In this document: positions 41,226-53,053 of the stretch, one piece after another
Position numbering within the stretch: the stretch's first letter is position 1
Layout of the letters: each line of letters begins with the position of its first letter
Source: Glaucostegus cemiculus
Lineage: Eukaryota
NCBI GenBank assembly: GCA_976551045.1
Contig: CDPCPM010000016.1
Location: 8,060,001 to 8,124,000, forward strand
Length of the DNA stretch: 64,000 nt
Direction: 5' to 3'
Notes under the pieces: model-generated
Told to the model about the DNA's origin: nothing
Database searches by the model: none
What the model saw: the letters and a program-made list of their open reading frames with translations, nothing else
Program-made: the position numbers and the translations under genes

Positions 41226-43233
41226 TAATAGATGATCTCCGCCTGCTCATTGGAAGCACATCCCTTATGTGTAGATCACATCATTCGCTGACCCAGATAA
41301 ACTAGACTAAGAGGCTTCAGGAAACCTCTGACTTGCAATTTTATCTAATACAACATTTTTCAGTCCAAAATTTAGTAGGGAATTTAAAAAATCTGTTCTT
41401 GCTGTAGCTGTAACCAGGATTTCCTCTCTTAGTCTTGACAACTGTTCTTCTGAACAATCTACTACATTTTCTCAACATAGAGAAATGCACCACATTTCTT
41501 TTATCTGTAAAGCCACCTGTTAACAACCAAAATTTAATGCACAGAAATTGACCTGTGGGAAATTTAATGATTTTTGTTATACAAAAGGAAAGGATTTGAT
41601 TTTTTTTATTTTTGGAACTGGTTTAAACATACTGTAAATGAGATTCTACATGAGCACCAGAATCAAGGGGCAATTTAATCAGTCTTGTACACGAGGCAGG
41701 AAATCACACTGAAAGGATCAGAGAAATAGGAAATATTATAGCAATAATTCTTCTAGTCATTGCTCTTCTGGAGAATGTCTCCATGCTGGAAGTAGAGGAT
41801 TGGTGACTTTTTCAAGCCAAATGAAGGGCACGTCACATTACTTGAACTCAACACCTCTCTGAGGGGGAGAATCACATAATTATGCTCTAGCCAATTGTAA
41901 ATTAAATGTTGAATGCGTAGACTGTGCAAGCTCACTTTGTGGCTATTGAAGGGAGAGGGAGATTCATATCAAAGCAGAAGCTGTCAGAAATAACAAAACC
42001 TAGCCTTGCGTATTAGTAGACTGCCAATGGACTTTTTCTGTTACCCACCAATGTATTGCTCAGAAGTTTGAGATGGTCTAACCCTGAGATCTTTTTCACA
42101 TTAACACCAGAGATCACTAACTTAAGATGTAAATATTTCTCTGAATTTAATGCAATCTCCCAAATTTAGCAGTCCTCAGGGATTTCCAAAACCTCTAGAA
42201 CTTGTAATGTAGTGTAGGAAGATAGGCAGGAAACCCCAGAATATACAATATTATTTATATATATTTACAATATTATAAACCTAGTCAGAGATGTCTAAAA
42301 CAGTGGGTAAGCTTGTGAAAACCAGTGGAGTGGGAGCAAGGTGCTGAGTGGGAGCCATCATCACCCATTCTTGACCACCTTGAGCTATGTGAGAATATCT
42401 CATGGTGACCTTGCCTTTGAAGGGAAGCTTCATGGAATGATAAACTTGAATTTGCAAAAAAAAGTTGGTGTCACTATGCTGCTGTGACATATAGATAATT
42501 ATTGAGAAATAAAATGTTGTTCTTAGATAATGTTGTGGAGATGTGCTGATTTCTTGTGTAAGTGGTTATAAGCTATGTTCAATGGATGATAACAATAGAT
42601 CCAATGTGGCACTTAAGTCATTAAAAATGCTGAATATCATGCAATAAATATATCATTATTGCTCCCGGCAGGATTCCCATGTGATTCCAGCTTTTTAAGT
42701 TTTATTTCTGGTCTCCAACATTTGAAGTTTTGCCATTTATTCCATTGAAGAAAGTGTGCTCTGTGATTGTAGGTAGGATTGTATTTCAGTCTTCCCAATC
42801 CCATTCAAAAGCACAACTCCTCAAAGGAACAGTCCACAAACATCTCAAACAATTGATTGAGTGCAAGAAACTTTGATCCTTAGTCAACATGGGTAGGAGT
42901 CATGGTAGGCTTGGAGAGAACATTATAAGGCAATACAGCAATTTCAAAGCATAGCTTTGGCCAAGTTCAGGTTTCATCTTTCAGTATTTTATGTTATAGG
43001 AATATGAAGTTCCAAATGATTTACTTGACTATTCTACTCTTATCAATAAAACTGCTTCCTTCCTTGTCAGTATATGTTTGATCACATGTCAATAAGGTCT
43101 TACTTTCCTTTTTTTTTCCTTCCCTTTCATCTTTAAAGTTTTCCTGTCCATATTCTCATACTTTTTACTCCTTGTTCTATCCTTGCCTTTTCTTGTGTAT
43201 CTCTCTCCTGGATTCCACTGGGTTTCTGTTCAG

Positions 43234-43364
43234 CTACATTGATGAATGGATACTTGGCATTGGCAAATGGGGGCCCAATCTCTCATCCTGCAGGCGATAT
43301 CAACATTAACATGGAAACAGAAATTCCAGTGAAGAAAATAGAGACTGTTGTCAAGCTGGATGCT
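43234..43364 (+). CDS. OTOF: OTOF window exon 20 (131 nt long form; 71 nt from the alternative acceptor at 43294)
   Basis: gttcag|CT...GCT|gtaag; encodes (A)TLMNGYLALANGGPISHPAGDININMETEIPVKKIETVVKLDA; second in-frame acceptor cctgcag|GC lies 60 nt downstream. Confidence 0.9.
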
Positions 43365-43920
43365 GTAAGTATGACCTTTATTTTATCCCTTTTGTGACCT
43401 TTACTGTAACCAGGAGCTTTTAGAAATTGAAATGCAGAGATCACAATTCCATTGGACCAAATGACAGTGGATCTCAAGGTCTTAACTTCATTAAATAAAG
43501 CTCCTGCTATGTAACTGACAGTCCAGTTTGAAGTTAACATGTGATGTGTGGGTCTCCCAAGGATCAGAAAACTCAGCGATAAAGTGGACACTAGAACTGT
43601 AGGTTCTACAAGATAATTGACTGTTGCTGCACTTCACCTGAGGCAGGGGAGCCTCTCCAGACCCCTTCATTAGTCACTGCCTCTCTAGACTAAGGCTCTC
43701 GCAATCACATGGGATGTGCTAGTGAGGTTAGCAAATTTGGCAGGGGGATTGCTCCCACTGTCAAGTAGATCGAGTGCTTGAATTGAGCCCTTCAGACCAG
43801 GAAACTTGCAGCTCGCTTGTTTGATCTCTGCTGAGCTAGTTCCCTTCAACTGGGTCAGTAGTGAGGTCATGGCAAGCAGCTTCCCTGTGTGAAGAAGATA
43901 AACAGATAACAAACAAGATT

Positions 43921-44104
43921 CTGGTCAGGCAGCATCTGTGGAGGGAAATGGACAGTCGACGTTTCAGGTGGAGATCTTCAACAGATAAGGGCCTTGACCC
44001 GAAACATCACCTGTTTCCCTCCATGGATGCTGCCTGACCCGCTGAGTTCCTCCAGCAGCTTATGGTTGCTCCAGATTCCAGCATCTGCAGTCTCTTGTGT
44101 CTCC
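43921..44104. mobile_element. Palindromic Penelope-derived element with hammerhead-like motifs on both strands
   Basis: GGTCAGGCAGCATCTGTGGAGGGAAA vs TTTCCCTCCATGGATGCTGCCTGACC; the minus strand reads CTGTTGAAG...ACCT-GAAACGTC-GACTG (43984-43953). Confidence 0.85.
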
Positions 44105-44871
44105 AATCAATCAGATAAATTGCAGTGGCTGATCCCAGCCAGACATGTCAAAGAGGATGGGGCAGGAAACTCGAAAGAACAAGAGAGTGCTGGCATTGGT
44201 AAAGAAAGGAATTAGCAGGTACTTGTATAACTGGGACAGGAGGGGTCAGTTCTTGCAATCCTGAATGATGTTGTTCTAGCACTGGCAAAGGTATCAGGGT
44301 GGAGTGTGAATTAGACAGATAATCTTGAGCACCTCCTCCTTCTGGTATCAACTGTATTGCAAGTTTGTTTCTGTAATGAATGGTATTTCTCTGGCAGCAG
44401 TTAGGGGAATGGACCTTCATGAAAGGATTGGAAGAATAAAAATGACAATGTTGATCAACAGCAGTGAGGTGATATGAGATGTGTTGGTCCATCTATTACT
44501 CCAGTCTGACAAAACTCTTCAGGTGAAGCTGCTGTTTTGATCTGAGATTTAATTCTATTGAGTCCATGGATACATACAGGAAACTTTCTAACTGACTGTT
44601 CAGGTGGAGCTGTAGAGTTTCAATTTGCTGGTAATTCATGTCCACAAACTTGTTTTTTATTTCAAATTTTAATTATTTTTTAACAATGTTTTGAGTTTTC
44701 ATACTATCCAAACATATAGAAATGTTTATATTATCCATGTGAATCTGTGTTCCATTCTTGTTGTCTTTGTCTATTTATAATTAAGATGGAGAGAAAATTA
44801 ATTTGATAAATGTGCTACCAATTTTGTGTTGTTGACATCATCTCATTTTGTCTGTTTCCATTTGATGACAG

Positions 44872-44901
44872 AACTCTGATGCTGTTGTCAAACTTGATGC
44901 G
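44872..44901 (+). CDS. OTOF: OTOF window exon 21, 30-nt microexon
   Basis: tgacag|AAC TCT GAT GCT GTT GTC AAA CTT GAT GCG|gtaag; encodes NSDAVVKLDA (human, recalled: TSEAVVKVDV). Confidence 0.9.
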
Positions 44902-46704
44902 GTAAGTTTAAAAGAGCACTGATAAATTCTCACATGTCAAAGTACTTGTCACAACTTCATTAACTCTTAATTCCCTGTAGTCCCCTCATACACAAACAGT
45001 AGTCCATTATCTGAGGAGTGTGTCTCAACAAATGTTCATTTGATAAATAACAACCTTACAACCTTATTTTGTGTTTTGCATTTCTTACTATCTCCTACAC
45101 ACTACTATCCTGTTCTAAGCTTTCCTCCTTTGTGCTTTTTGATCTCCACATGCTAATATATATGCCACCATCTTTACCACCTAAGCATAATGAAGGCAAA
45201 AATCATTTCAAGTCTCCTACTCCAGGACCTTGCATTCCAACCTTTAAGCTGCCAAAGACCAAGCAAGAACATCACCAACATGTTACTCTTCATTTCTCTT
45301 TTTTGAATTGATTAATTGCTTCCAGCCATAGTGGTGTCCTGCTACAGCATTGATATTAGTTTCTCCATTAGAATACCAGACTAAGAATGTACCCTGATGC
45401 TTTGTGCAAATTTGGGCGCAGTTATGAATAGATCTCAAAGCTTCAGTGGATCAAGTTGTGTGATATATTGGAGCTAAGTGACTGATTTTCACGAATCTAA
45501 GAGGTGGAGTTCTAACAGTTCCAATGAAAAAATGCTACATGAGATTTGAATGTTTTGACAGTGTTTGGCCCTCCCCTGAATAAATGCAGGTGTCTGTTGG
45601 TCAAAATGTTTTACCTCCACTGAAACTCTCATGGAGCCTTGCTATGATTTAAATGTGTTTCTGTGTTTACTGTAAAATGTGATTTCACCCCACTCCTGTC
45701 ACATGTTTCTCTCGACAAGTTGAGTGCAATGTCATGGTTGCTATTAAACAGATGAATCATGGTATTGGTTATTCCTCGGCCATTTCCCATTAGCACTTAC
45801 AAATAAGTTAAATGAACTATGGAACTCTAACTCGATGTACTAGAGATGACTAGTGACACATGGAATCAAGGTGATGTTAGCTGCTGCTGCTATTCTAGTC
45901 TCAGATCTTTAAGGATACAATTTCTCAGATGGCATAGTTACTAGGGCTATATCTGAACAATTATATCAAGTTGTAAAGGTCTTCAGCAAAAAAAAAACAC
46001 ACCTCTAAAAGTTGTATCCACAAAGTGCCCAAGTCATTGATTTACTTGAAGATAATCAGAACAGAAAGGATGTACTAATGTGTATGGACTCCACATGAGT
46101 TTGGGCTTTATCCAGGATCCCACCAAAAGAGAAACTACCTCTTGCAGTCAGGGTAGGATTGTCATACACAGCCAATGAAGCCATTATGATAATAAGGCAT
46201 AAAAGTCATCATATTTGTCAGACTTCTAAATTATACTTCCTTCCAAAGGGTTACCAGGACTGCAGCATACAATGATTGAGCAGAAGATAATAAAACCTTT
46301 CCTCTTTGCCCCAGCTGAAGAAGAGGTTTAAAAAAAACTACCCGATGGGAGATTGGTAGAAAGATACCAAGACATGTTTTTAAAATGCAACTAATTTACC
46401 AAACAATCAGACTAGAAAGTATATTTCAGATTTAGAAGTGGGCAACACCAAATTCCCCAGTGAGACCAGAAACCAATGAACTTTGCAAACATTTTCAATG
46501 CCTGGTTTTACTTGCAACAAAATATTTTAGAAACAAAATAGCATTGGTGAAAACAAAAATAGCATCCAAATAGATCTTAAAAAATTGCTGTCTCTACCAC
46601 CAACTCATTATGGACGTTGAAAACCGGAGTATAGACACAGGAAAGCCTTCGTTTGTTCCAAGTGATTGTTACCTTCCTCAATTTGTGTGTTTTCATATCT
46701 ATAG

Positions 46705-46830
46705 AATGAAGATGAGAAATCTAAAAAGAAGAAGAAAAAGAAAGGAGAGGAAATAGAAGAGGAGGAGCCAGATGAAAGCATGTTGGACTGGTGGTCAAAA
46801 TATTTTGCCTCCATTGAAACTCTCATGGAG
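46705..46830 (+). CDS. OTOF: OTOF window exon 22 (126 nt), charged linker
   Basis: ctatag|AAT...GAG|gtatg; encodes [42 protein letters not shown]. Confidence 0.95.
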
Positions 46831-47834
46831 GTATGCCCTGCTTTAAAAGTGTGCTTTGATGTCTGTTGTAAAATGTGACCTTAAGACTGAATGAGAGAAT
46901 ATACTTACCAGCAAGTAATGCAAGGAACAACATCCCAAGGCAGCCTTTCACCATAAATGTATTACATATGAATATGAAACATTGCACCATCTAGTGTTCT
47001 TGAAATAGGTGCCACAACATTAGCAAAAGGATTAATAGGACACACCTTTTATGCTAAGCAGGGACCAATCATAGTGCACCACTCCCTCAATATTATAAAG
47101 AAAGGTGACATTTACTTCTGCACTGAAGTGCTGTACTGGGTTTAATCTAACTTCCTTGATTTCTAATAAGATTGCTGGACTCCTACAAAATGGTCCTTGA
47201 AATGGTTCCCAATAACATTCTTTTGAAAAGCACTGCATTTTTATTTGCTAGTTGCTGGCATCTGATATGGCAGTACCAAAACCCTCATATATTCCCAGAG
47301 CTGCTGTGGAGTCTACTTCATTCAGGCTTTGGCTCACTTTGCGGGATTCCTGTGGCAATGTTCAGAGGTCACATTTTAATATAGCAATCAGAGTGTATAC
47401 AGCTCTAATGATGCATTAAAGACAAGTTTTCTCAATTTTGAGATTTTTGTTGATGAGGTGTCAGGGACAAAAGCATCAAATGTTTGGCACACCAGCTCAG
47501 ACTGAAACCCAACATTCAGACAACTTCTTATTGTGGATCTTCTAGAATGCAGGACCTATTTAGGGACACTCTTCATTACTTAGTGGCAGCCACCTGGAGG
47601 AGTTTTTGACCAAGTTATAATGTTGAGTGGGAATTCCCTGCAGGCTGGAGTCAATCTGTTCTCACACTCCACCTCTTCTTGCTGCACAGCAACATTGATG
47701 GCCTCAGTTCAGGACAAATTGAAAAAGTCCCTTTGAATAGGAAACCCACAAGAAAAATGAGGAGTTGTGTTATCCTTTCATTTGTTATGTGGCTTTTGAA
47801 ATTCAGCAGGGTGATCTTGTGAATTTCTTTCCAG

Positions 47835-47904
47835 CAACTCCGACAGCAGGAAGCAGCTGCAGCCGAGGCAGAGGAGAAAGAGGATATGGAGATTGCAGCA
47901 GAGG
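47835..47904 (+). CDS. OTOF: OTOF window exon 23 (70 nt)
   Basis: ttccag|CAA...GAGG|gtaaa; encodes QLRQQEAAAAEAEEKEDMEIAAE. Confidence 0.9.
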
Positions 47905-48164
47905 GTAAATAGTGGGGGACAAAAACTTAATTCTCTCTCATGGAAAGGGAATGAGGAAATTCTGAGATCCCGTGCATGTGCATGTTGTTAAGTGGGCATG
48001 GGTTATTGCTTTGTAGAGAAAATTCAACTATCTGTGAGCATATTAATTATTGGGGGTGTCTTAATGAATTGATGCTAATAGCTGGCTGCATGCTAATGGC
48101 TAAATTGCATAGATAGCTGGGAATGTGTTAACAACAACAGTATTTTTTCTGTATATGGTACCAT

Positions 48165-48720
48165 TACTGCAGCAAAGATACTTTGCCTCAGTGTTATCCA
48201 GCTGAAATTGACACTGAGTCACAGTAGAAGACAGCAGGGCACAAACAAACAGTTCATTTAATTGAGTAGATTACATGTTCTAAAAGAGGAGGGAAGTCAA
48301 AAGCTGAGGGCCATGTCAACTGAAAGGAATGGATGGCAATGTTGAAGTAACAAAAATCAGGGAAGCTCATGGAGGAAACTGAGGAACGTAGAGATCTCTG
48401 AAAGTTATGGGTGTGAAGGACATCACGAGATTGGGATGGGTAAGACCAGGAAGGATTTAAAACACAATCAACTGGTTTACATGACAGCATTGGGCCAGGA
48501 ACTGTTAATTTTGGTCAAAAATCAAGGGGCAACAACTGAAGTGGACAGCGTGAGTTGTGGTGAGAGGATGAGGTTTATGCAGGGTAAAGAATGGGAGGCC
48601 CACAAGGAGGACAATGGGATAGGTGGGCGAGAGGTAACTAAGTGAGGCAGTCAGCAGCAGCTGAGCTGGAATGGGCAGAGACAGCTGATATTGTGGAAAT
48701 GCAAGTAGCTGATATCTTGT
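48165..48720 (-). mobile_element. L2-like LINE fragment, highly decayed
   Basis: GAGAGGTAACTAAG...TCAGCAGCAGCTGAGCTGGAATGGGCAGAGACAGCTGATATTGTGGAAATGCAAGTAGCTG resembles antisense L2 RT C-terminal sequence (recall). Confidence 0.45.
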
Positions 48721-50647
48721 ATTTTAATTTACGTCCTTGTGTTTATGGATGTGGCTGGATGTTAGCATGGATTCATGTCTTTGGTCTTATTACAATATCC
48801 TATAAGTTTACATTAAGTCATGCAAATCCTACTGAATTCATGACCTTTCTGTGTGATTTGTGCTATCATCCATAAGTATCCTCTTTGGATGAGGTAGGAT
48901 TTTTAATAGAAGAAGCTATAGGATATTTTGTAAGGATGATCTGCAGAGATGATTTTTTTGAATGATCAGCATTATATTTGGACTGGTCATGTGTAAATTT
49001 CATCTGTTAATGAAAATTGTGTGCTTCTGCTTACTGTGCGTGTTTTGCTTTGCCTGGTCACCTTCCATTTTTTATCATGACAAAATCTGTCACTCATCCA
49101 CATTACTAAGCCATCATGAAAGTTGGCACGAACTAGACATAAGTGTTATCACTGAGAACAGAACACCCAGCCGAAAGGCCAGGCAGAGATAGCTGCAGCT
49201 GCTTACTACAGGAAAAGTGACCAGGAATGGGAGGAGTGATTCACAGTTCCAGGCAATTACTGCCACTGACACTCAGCTTTTCTTCAGAGCCTTTGTTCAC
49301 AAAGTTTTTGTAAAAGAACTTGTTGAAAGTTGAGTAACTTGTGTAATAAAACGGCCTTAGCACGATTTGTGTTTAGGACTTCTACAGTGGGATTAACCTG
49401 CAGTGGTGTTTGTGCCTGATGGTTAAAATTAAAATTTGTTGAAGTGGGCTCAAATGATATTACCTTTGAAATCTTCAGCAATGTAGTTCTTCATTCTAGT
49501 TGCTGAAAACTTCCAATCCCAGTTTAATTGTTTCTTTAATTAAGGTTAATTAGCTTCACTGTTTTTGTAAATACACATTTCTGTTTGATAGCTGGCATCA
49601 ACACATGGTAATGTTACTAATCACATCCTCTCTCTCTCTCCCTCTCTCATTGTGTGCACATACATGAAGATAGCCTCACTGGCTCTTTAATAAAACTTTT
49701 CTATAAAATTGAACACAAACTATCAGATGAAAGTTGCTGAGAAATTGCAAAAGAAAAAAAGTAATGCAGGTTGCTGAACTGCACCAATGCATCCTGGGAA
49801 ATAAGGCACAATGCAAACATTCAAATCAGATACTCCAACTTAAGCTGATCAAATCACAGCTTCAGGAAAGTTAAAGATTAAATGAGAGGAACTGAGGCCA
49901 TCAAATGGAAAGTTCAATAGCTGCATTAAAATTCTGAATCAGTTGATCTATAATATAAATGAATGTTGATAGCTTTCAGAAATATGTATTTCTTTAACTA
50001 ACTATGGAAACATTTTAGATGTTTGAAATTTCAGGTCTCAAGGGCAGAAGTAGTGACTGAAAAATTGACCAGAAAGCATTTTGAGTGTTAAATGAGAGTC
50101 GGTGTCCAGATTGTCCAATTTCAGGCTAAAGTGCACCCTATAAGAAGTAAAAGTCACTCAGAGTAACATGCAAAGTCTTGAACTCGCCTATAACAGCACC
50201 ATCCACAGGATCAGCACAGACAGCAGGCATTTGTGAAGGATTTTCCATTAAACAAATTGCCCAAAATGACAAATTTAACAGAAAATAGATTCCATTGTCA
50301 GTTCACTAAACTAAGGTAAAAAGTGTTCCAGCCTATAAAGTATATAAGTCTTAGTAATTTGTTACCATCTGCTTGTCCTGCATTGGATTGGTGATATATT
50401 TTTGTTTGTTTGGAGGTTCATTGTTCATCTATCCTTTGTTGGAACCTAGTGTTCAAAATAGTCCAATTGTCTTCAAATTCAGTAGTTTTCATAGTGACCT
50501 GTTTTTCCTTCTAGCATTAGTGGTTTACATTAGAACATAGCTCCCGTTTGGGTAGTTTCCATCCTAGCCTAGCAGAAGTCAAAGTGTCAACTTTCATGCC
50601 ATTCATGTTTGAGTGTTTTGTGCCCATCCTCCCTCCTCCACATTCAG

Positions 50648-50790
50648 AGATCAAAATTGATGACTCTCCCATGAAAGGCACAAAACCATCCAAGGGTAAA
50701 GAAAAGGCCAAAGGACAGGAGAAAGAGAAGAAGAAAAAGCAGCTGGAAGTGGTTGAAAAGAAGGACAAAGTGAAAATTGATGAATTACGT
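50648..50790 (+). CDS. OTOF: OTOF window exon 24 (143 nt; exact acceptor less certain)
   Basis: Strong pyrimidine tract, cattcag|AG...CGT|gtgag; encodes (E)IKIDDSPMKGTKPSKGKEKAKGQEKEKKKKQLEVVEKKDKVKIDELR. Confidence 0.85.
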
Positions 50791-51529
50791 GTGAGTACTG
50801 ATGCATTTAAATACACTTGGTTCCAAATTGTCGCTCTAAAAATTCTGAACAACTAAAAGAAAATTGTTAGCTTTTTACTGCAGGAGGATACATGGAGCGA
50901 TTGACTTGAATCACATTCAAGACAACCTGTGCCTTAAGTAAGCCTCCACATTATTCCATGGCCTCAATTATCCTTCCTGACTGTGTGGATTCCAGATGAC
51001 CCTGAGGCTCCACTGATGGACTCCCTGGTGGCTTTTCATAATCAAAGGCCTTCTCCACTAATGATCACAGACATTTGGAAACAGTGAAAATTGATTTAAT
51101 AGTGGGCAAAGCATATAAAAACTAATTGAAAATAAAAATGTAGTTAAAATGCTTTAAACTTAAAATAAATATGAAATAATAAAAGTAAAATCTTAAATTT
51201 CACTTTCTAATGATGGTCAGTGATCTCTATCCCAATGAATGGGGTAGCCTAGATGGGTCAGCAATGGCAGGTGTAAACCTGAGGGACTGGATACAAACTG
51301 CATCTGACCCCTGAGTCCTGATCAAACAGGAACCACCTTTGGGCAGGGTACAGCAAGGGTTTGGTGCCTTCCGTATTTCTGTGTTACAATACACAGAAAC
51401 AGAAGGTATGGAAGAGTTGACCTGCAAAGAAGTCTTCTCACCAATGGTTCTCTTCTGAATTGCTAGCAAAAGGTAAGTATGATTTGGTCCATCATCTTCT
51501 GTCAAGGAATGATTAAATCAAAGAAACAC

Positions 51530-51800
51530 AGAGGCATAGAAATTAGGACCAAGAATAGATCAGCCACTCAATATGAGAACAGATGATCTTCCAAATTCAG
51601 TGCCCTGTGCCTGTCCTCTCCCCACATTTTTTAATCTCATTTAATATAGTTAATGATTTGGCTTCAGCTGCCTTCTGTGGTAGAGAATTCCACAGGTTTA
51701 CCAGTTTTTGTTTAAAGAAGTATCTCCGCATCTCACTCCAAAATGGCCTACCCTGTATCCTTTCACTGTGAACCTTGTTCTGGACTTGCCCCTCACTATG
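51530..51800 (-). mobile_element. CR1 LINE 3' fragment
   Basis: GGCTTCAGCTGCCTTCTGTGGTAGAGAATTCCACAGGTTT is the antisense of the VNLWNSLPQKAAEA motif. Confidence 0.75.
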
Positions 51801-52536
51801 CCTAGTCCAGCTGATCTACTACAAGGCTCAGATCCCAGGAAGTTCCTAACTGACAAAAGAAATTTCAGATATTACAGTAAACTATCCATACCACTGAAAA
51901 GCTGGAGTTGATATGTAGTAAATTCCCAGCTGATGGAGGTCAAGAAGGGTTGAAACGCAGGGCTAAGGTTTCAGAATTCCCTTTCCTGGATGGTTCCCTG
52001 TATGAAGATTGAGTCAGGCTAAGTTTGGTTGCTGTTGTGATATTCCCATTGCCTTTAGAGCTCCTTTATGGGTATGTTAAGATGGATAGGGTTCAAGACA
52101 AAAACAGGAATTGAGTACTAGATATATTCTACCTACAGAATGTGCAGTGTGCACCTCAAAATAAAATCCACCATCTGTCTGTTAAAGCACGCCAAAAGTG
52201 TCATGTAGTTCTAAATGTATTTGCATTAAAAGATACTCACCTCCAGTATAAATTCCACAGAATTTACAGTAATTTAGTTTTGAAGGATTTATTATCTTAC
52301 TTGAAAACAGTTATGTCACAAAATTTCAGATATCATATGACTGTTTTTATAATAATAATTGAAACTATTTGAATTGTAATAGATTTTGAATAATATCAGT
52401 ATCTATCAAAGGGGAGTAACCATGAGGATATTATGCTCATCCACTAGGACCACAGATAGCAGGCAAGGCTCCCATGAGTGATTAAACAGCATTTTCAAAG
52501 GAAAATTGCATAACAGCCTTCCATCCCAATGCACAG

Positions 52537-52671
52537 GTTTACCACAAGGAATTGGAAACTGAGTTTGGAAACTTTGAAGACTGGCTACACACATTTAATC
52601 TTTATCGAGGTAAAATCGGAGATGACGACGACAGTACAACAGACGATGAACGAATTGTTGGGCGCTTTAAA
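52537..52671 (+). CDS. OTOF: OTOF window exon 25 (135 nt)
   Basis: gcacag|GTT...AAA|gtgag; encodes [45 protein letters not shown]. Confidence 0.96.
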
Positions 52672-52767
52672 GTGAGTAAATACTCCAAGAATTTTAAAAG
52701 TTGATGACATCCATTTAAATAGACTTGGATAGCTGCTTGTGAGGAATAATTTTGGGCAATGGAGAAA

Positions 52768-53053
52768 AGATATCTTTATTAGTATATCGAAATACACAGT
52801 GAAATGCATCATTGTGTAGAGTGTTCTGGGGGCAGCCTGCAAGTGTCGCCATGCTTCCAGCACCAACATAGCGTGCCCACAACTTCCTAACCCGTACGTC
52901 TTTGGAATGTGGGAAGAAACCAGAGCACCCAGAGGAAACCCACGCAGACACAGGGAGGATGTATAAACTCCTTATAGACAGCGGCCTGAATTGAACCCGA
53001 GTCGCTGCTGCTATAATAGCGTTATTCTAACCACTACACTGCTGGGTCTGCCC
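52768..53053 (-). mobile_element. tRNA-derived V-SINE with a non-CR1 tail
   Basis: Same head and V-domain as 33291-33543, but the 3' part reads ...GCATTTCACTGTGTATTTCGATATACTAATAAAGATATCT. Confidence 0.8.

Noticed and set aside
50515-50540. Strong-looking acceptor TTTTTCCTTCTAG at 50514 as an extra coding exon
   Set aside because: In the required phase it hits TAG after 8 codons, and there is no good donor.
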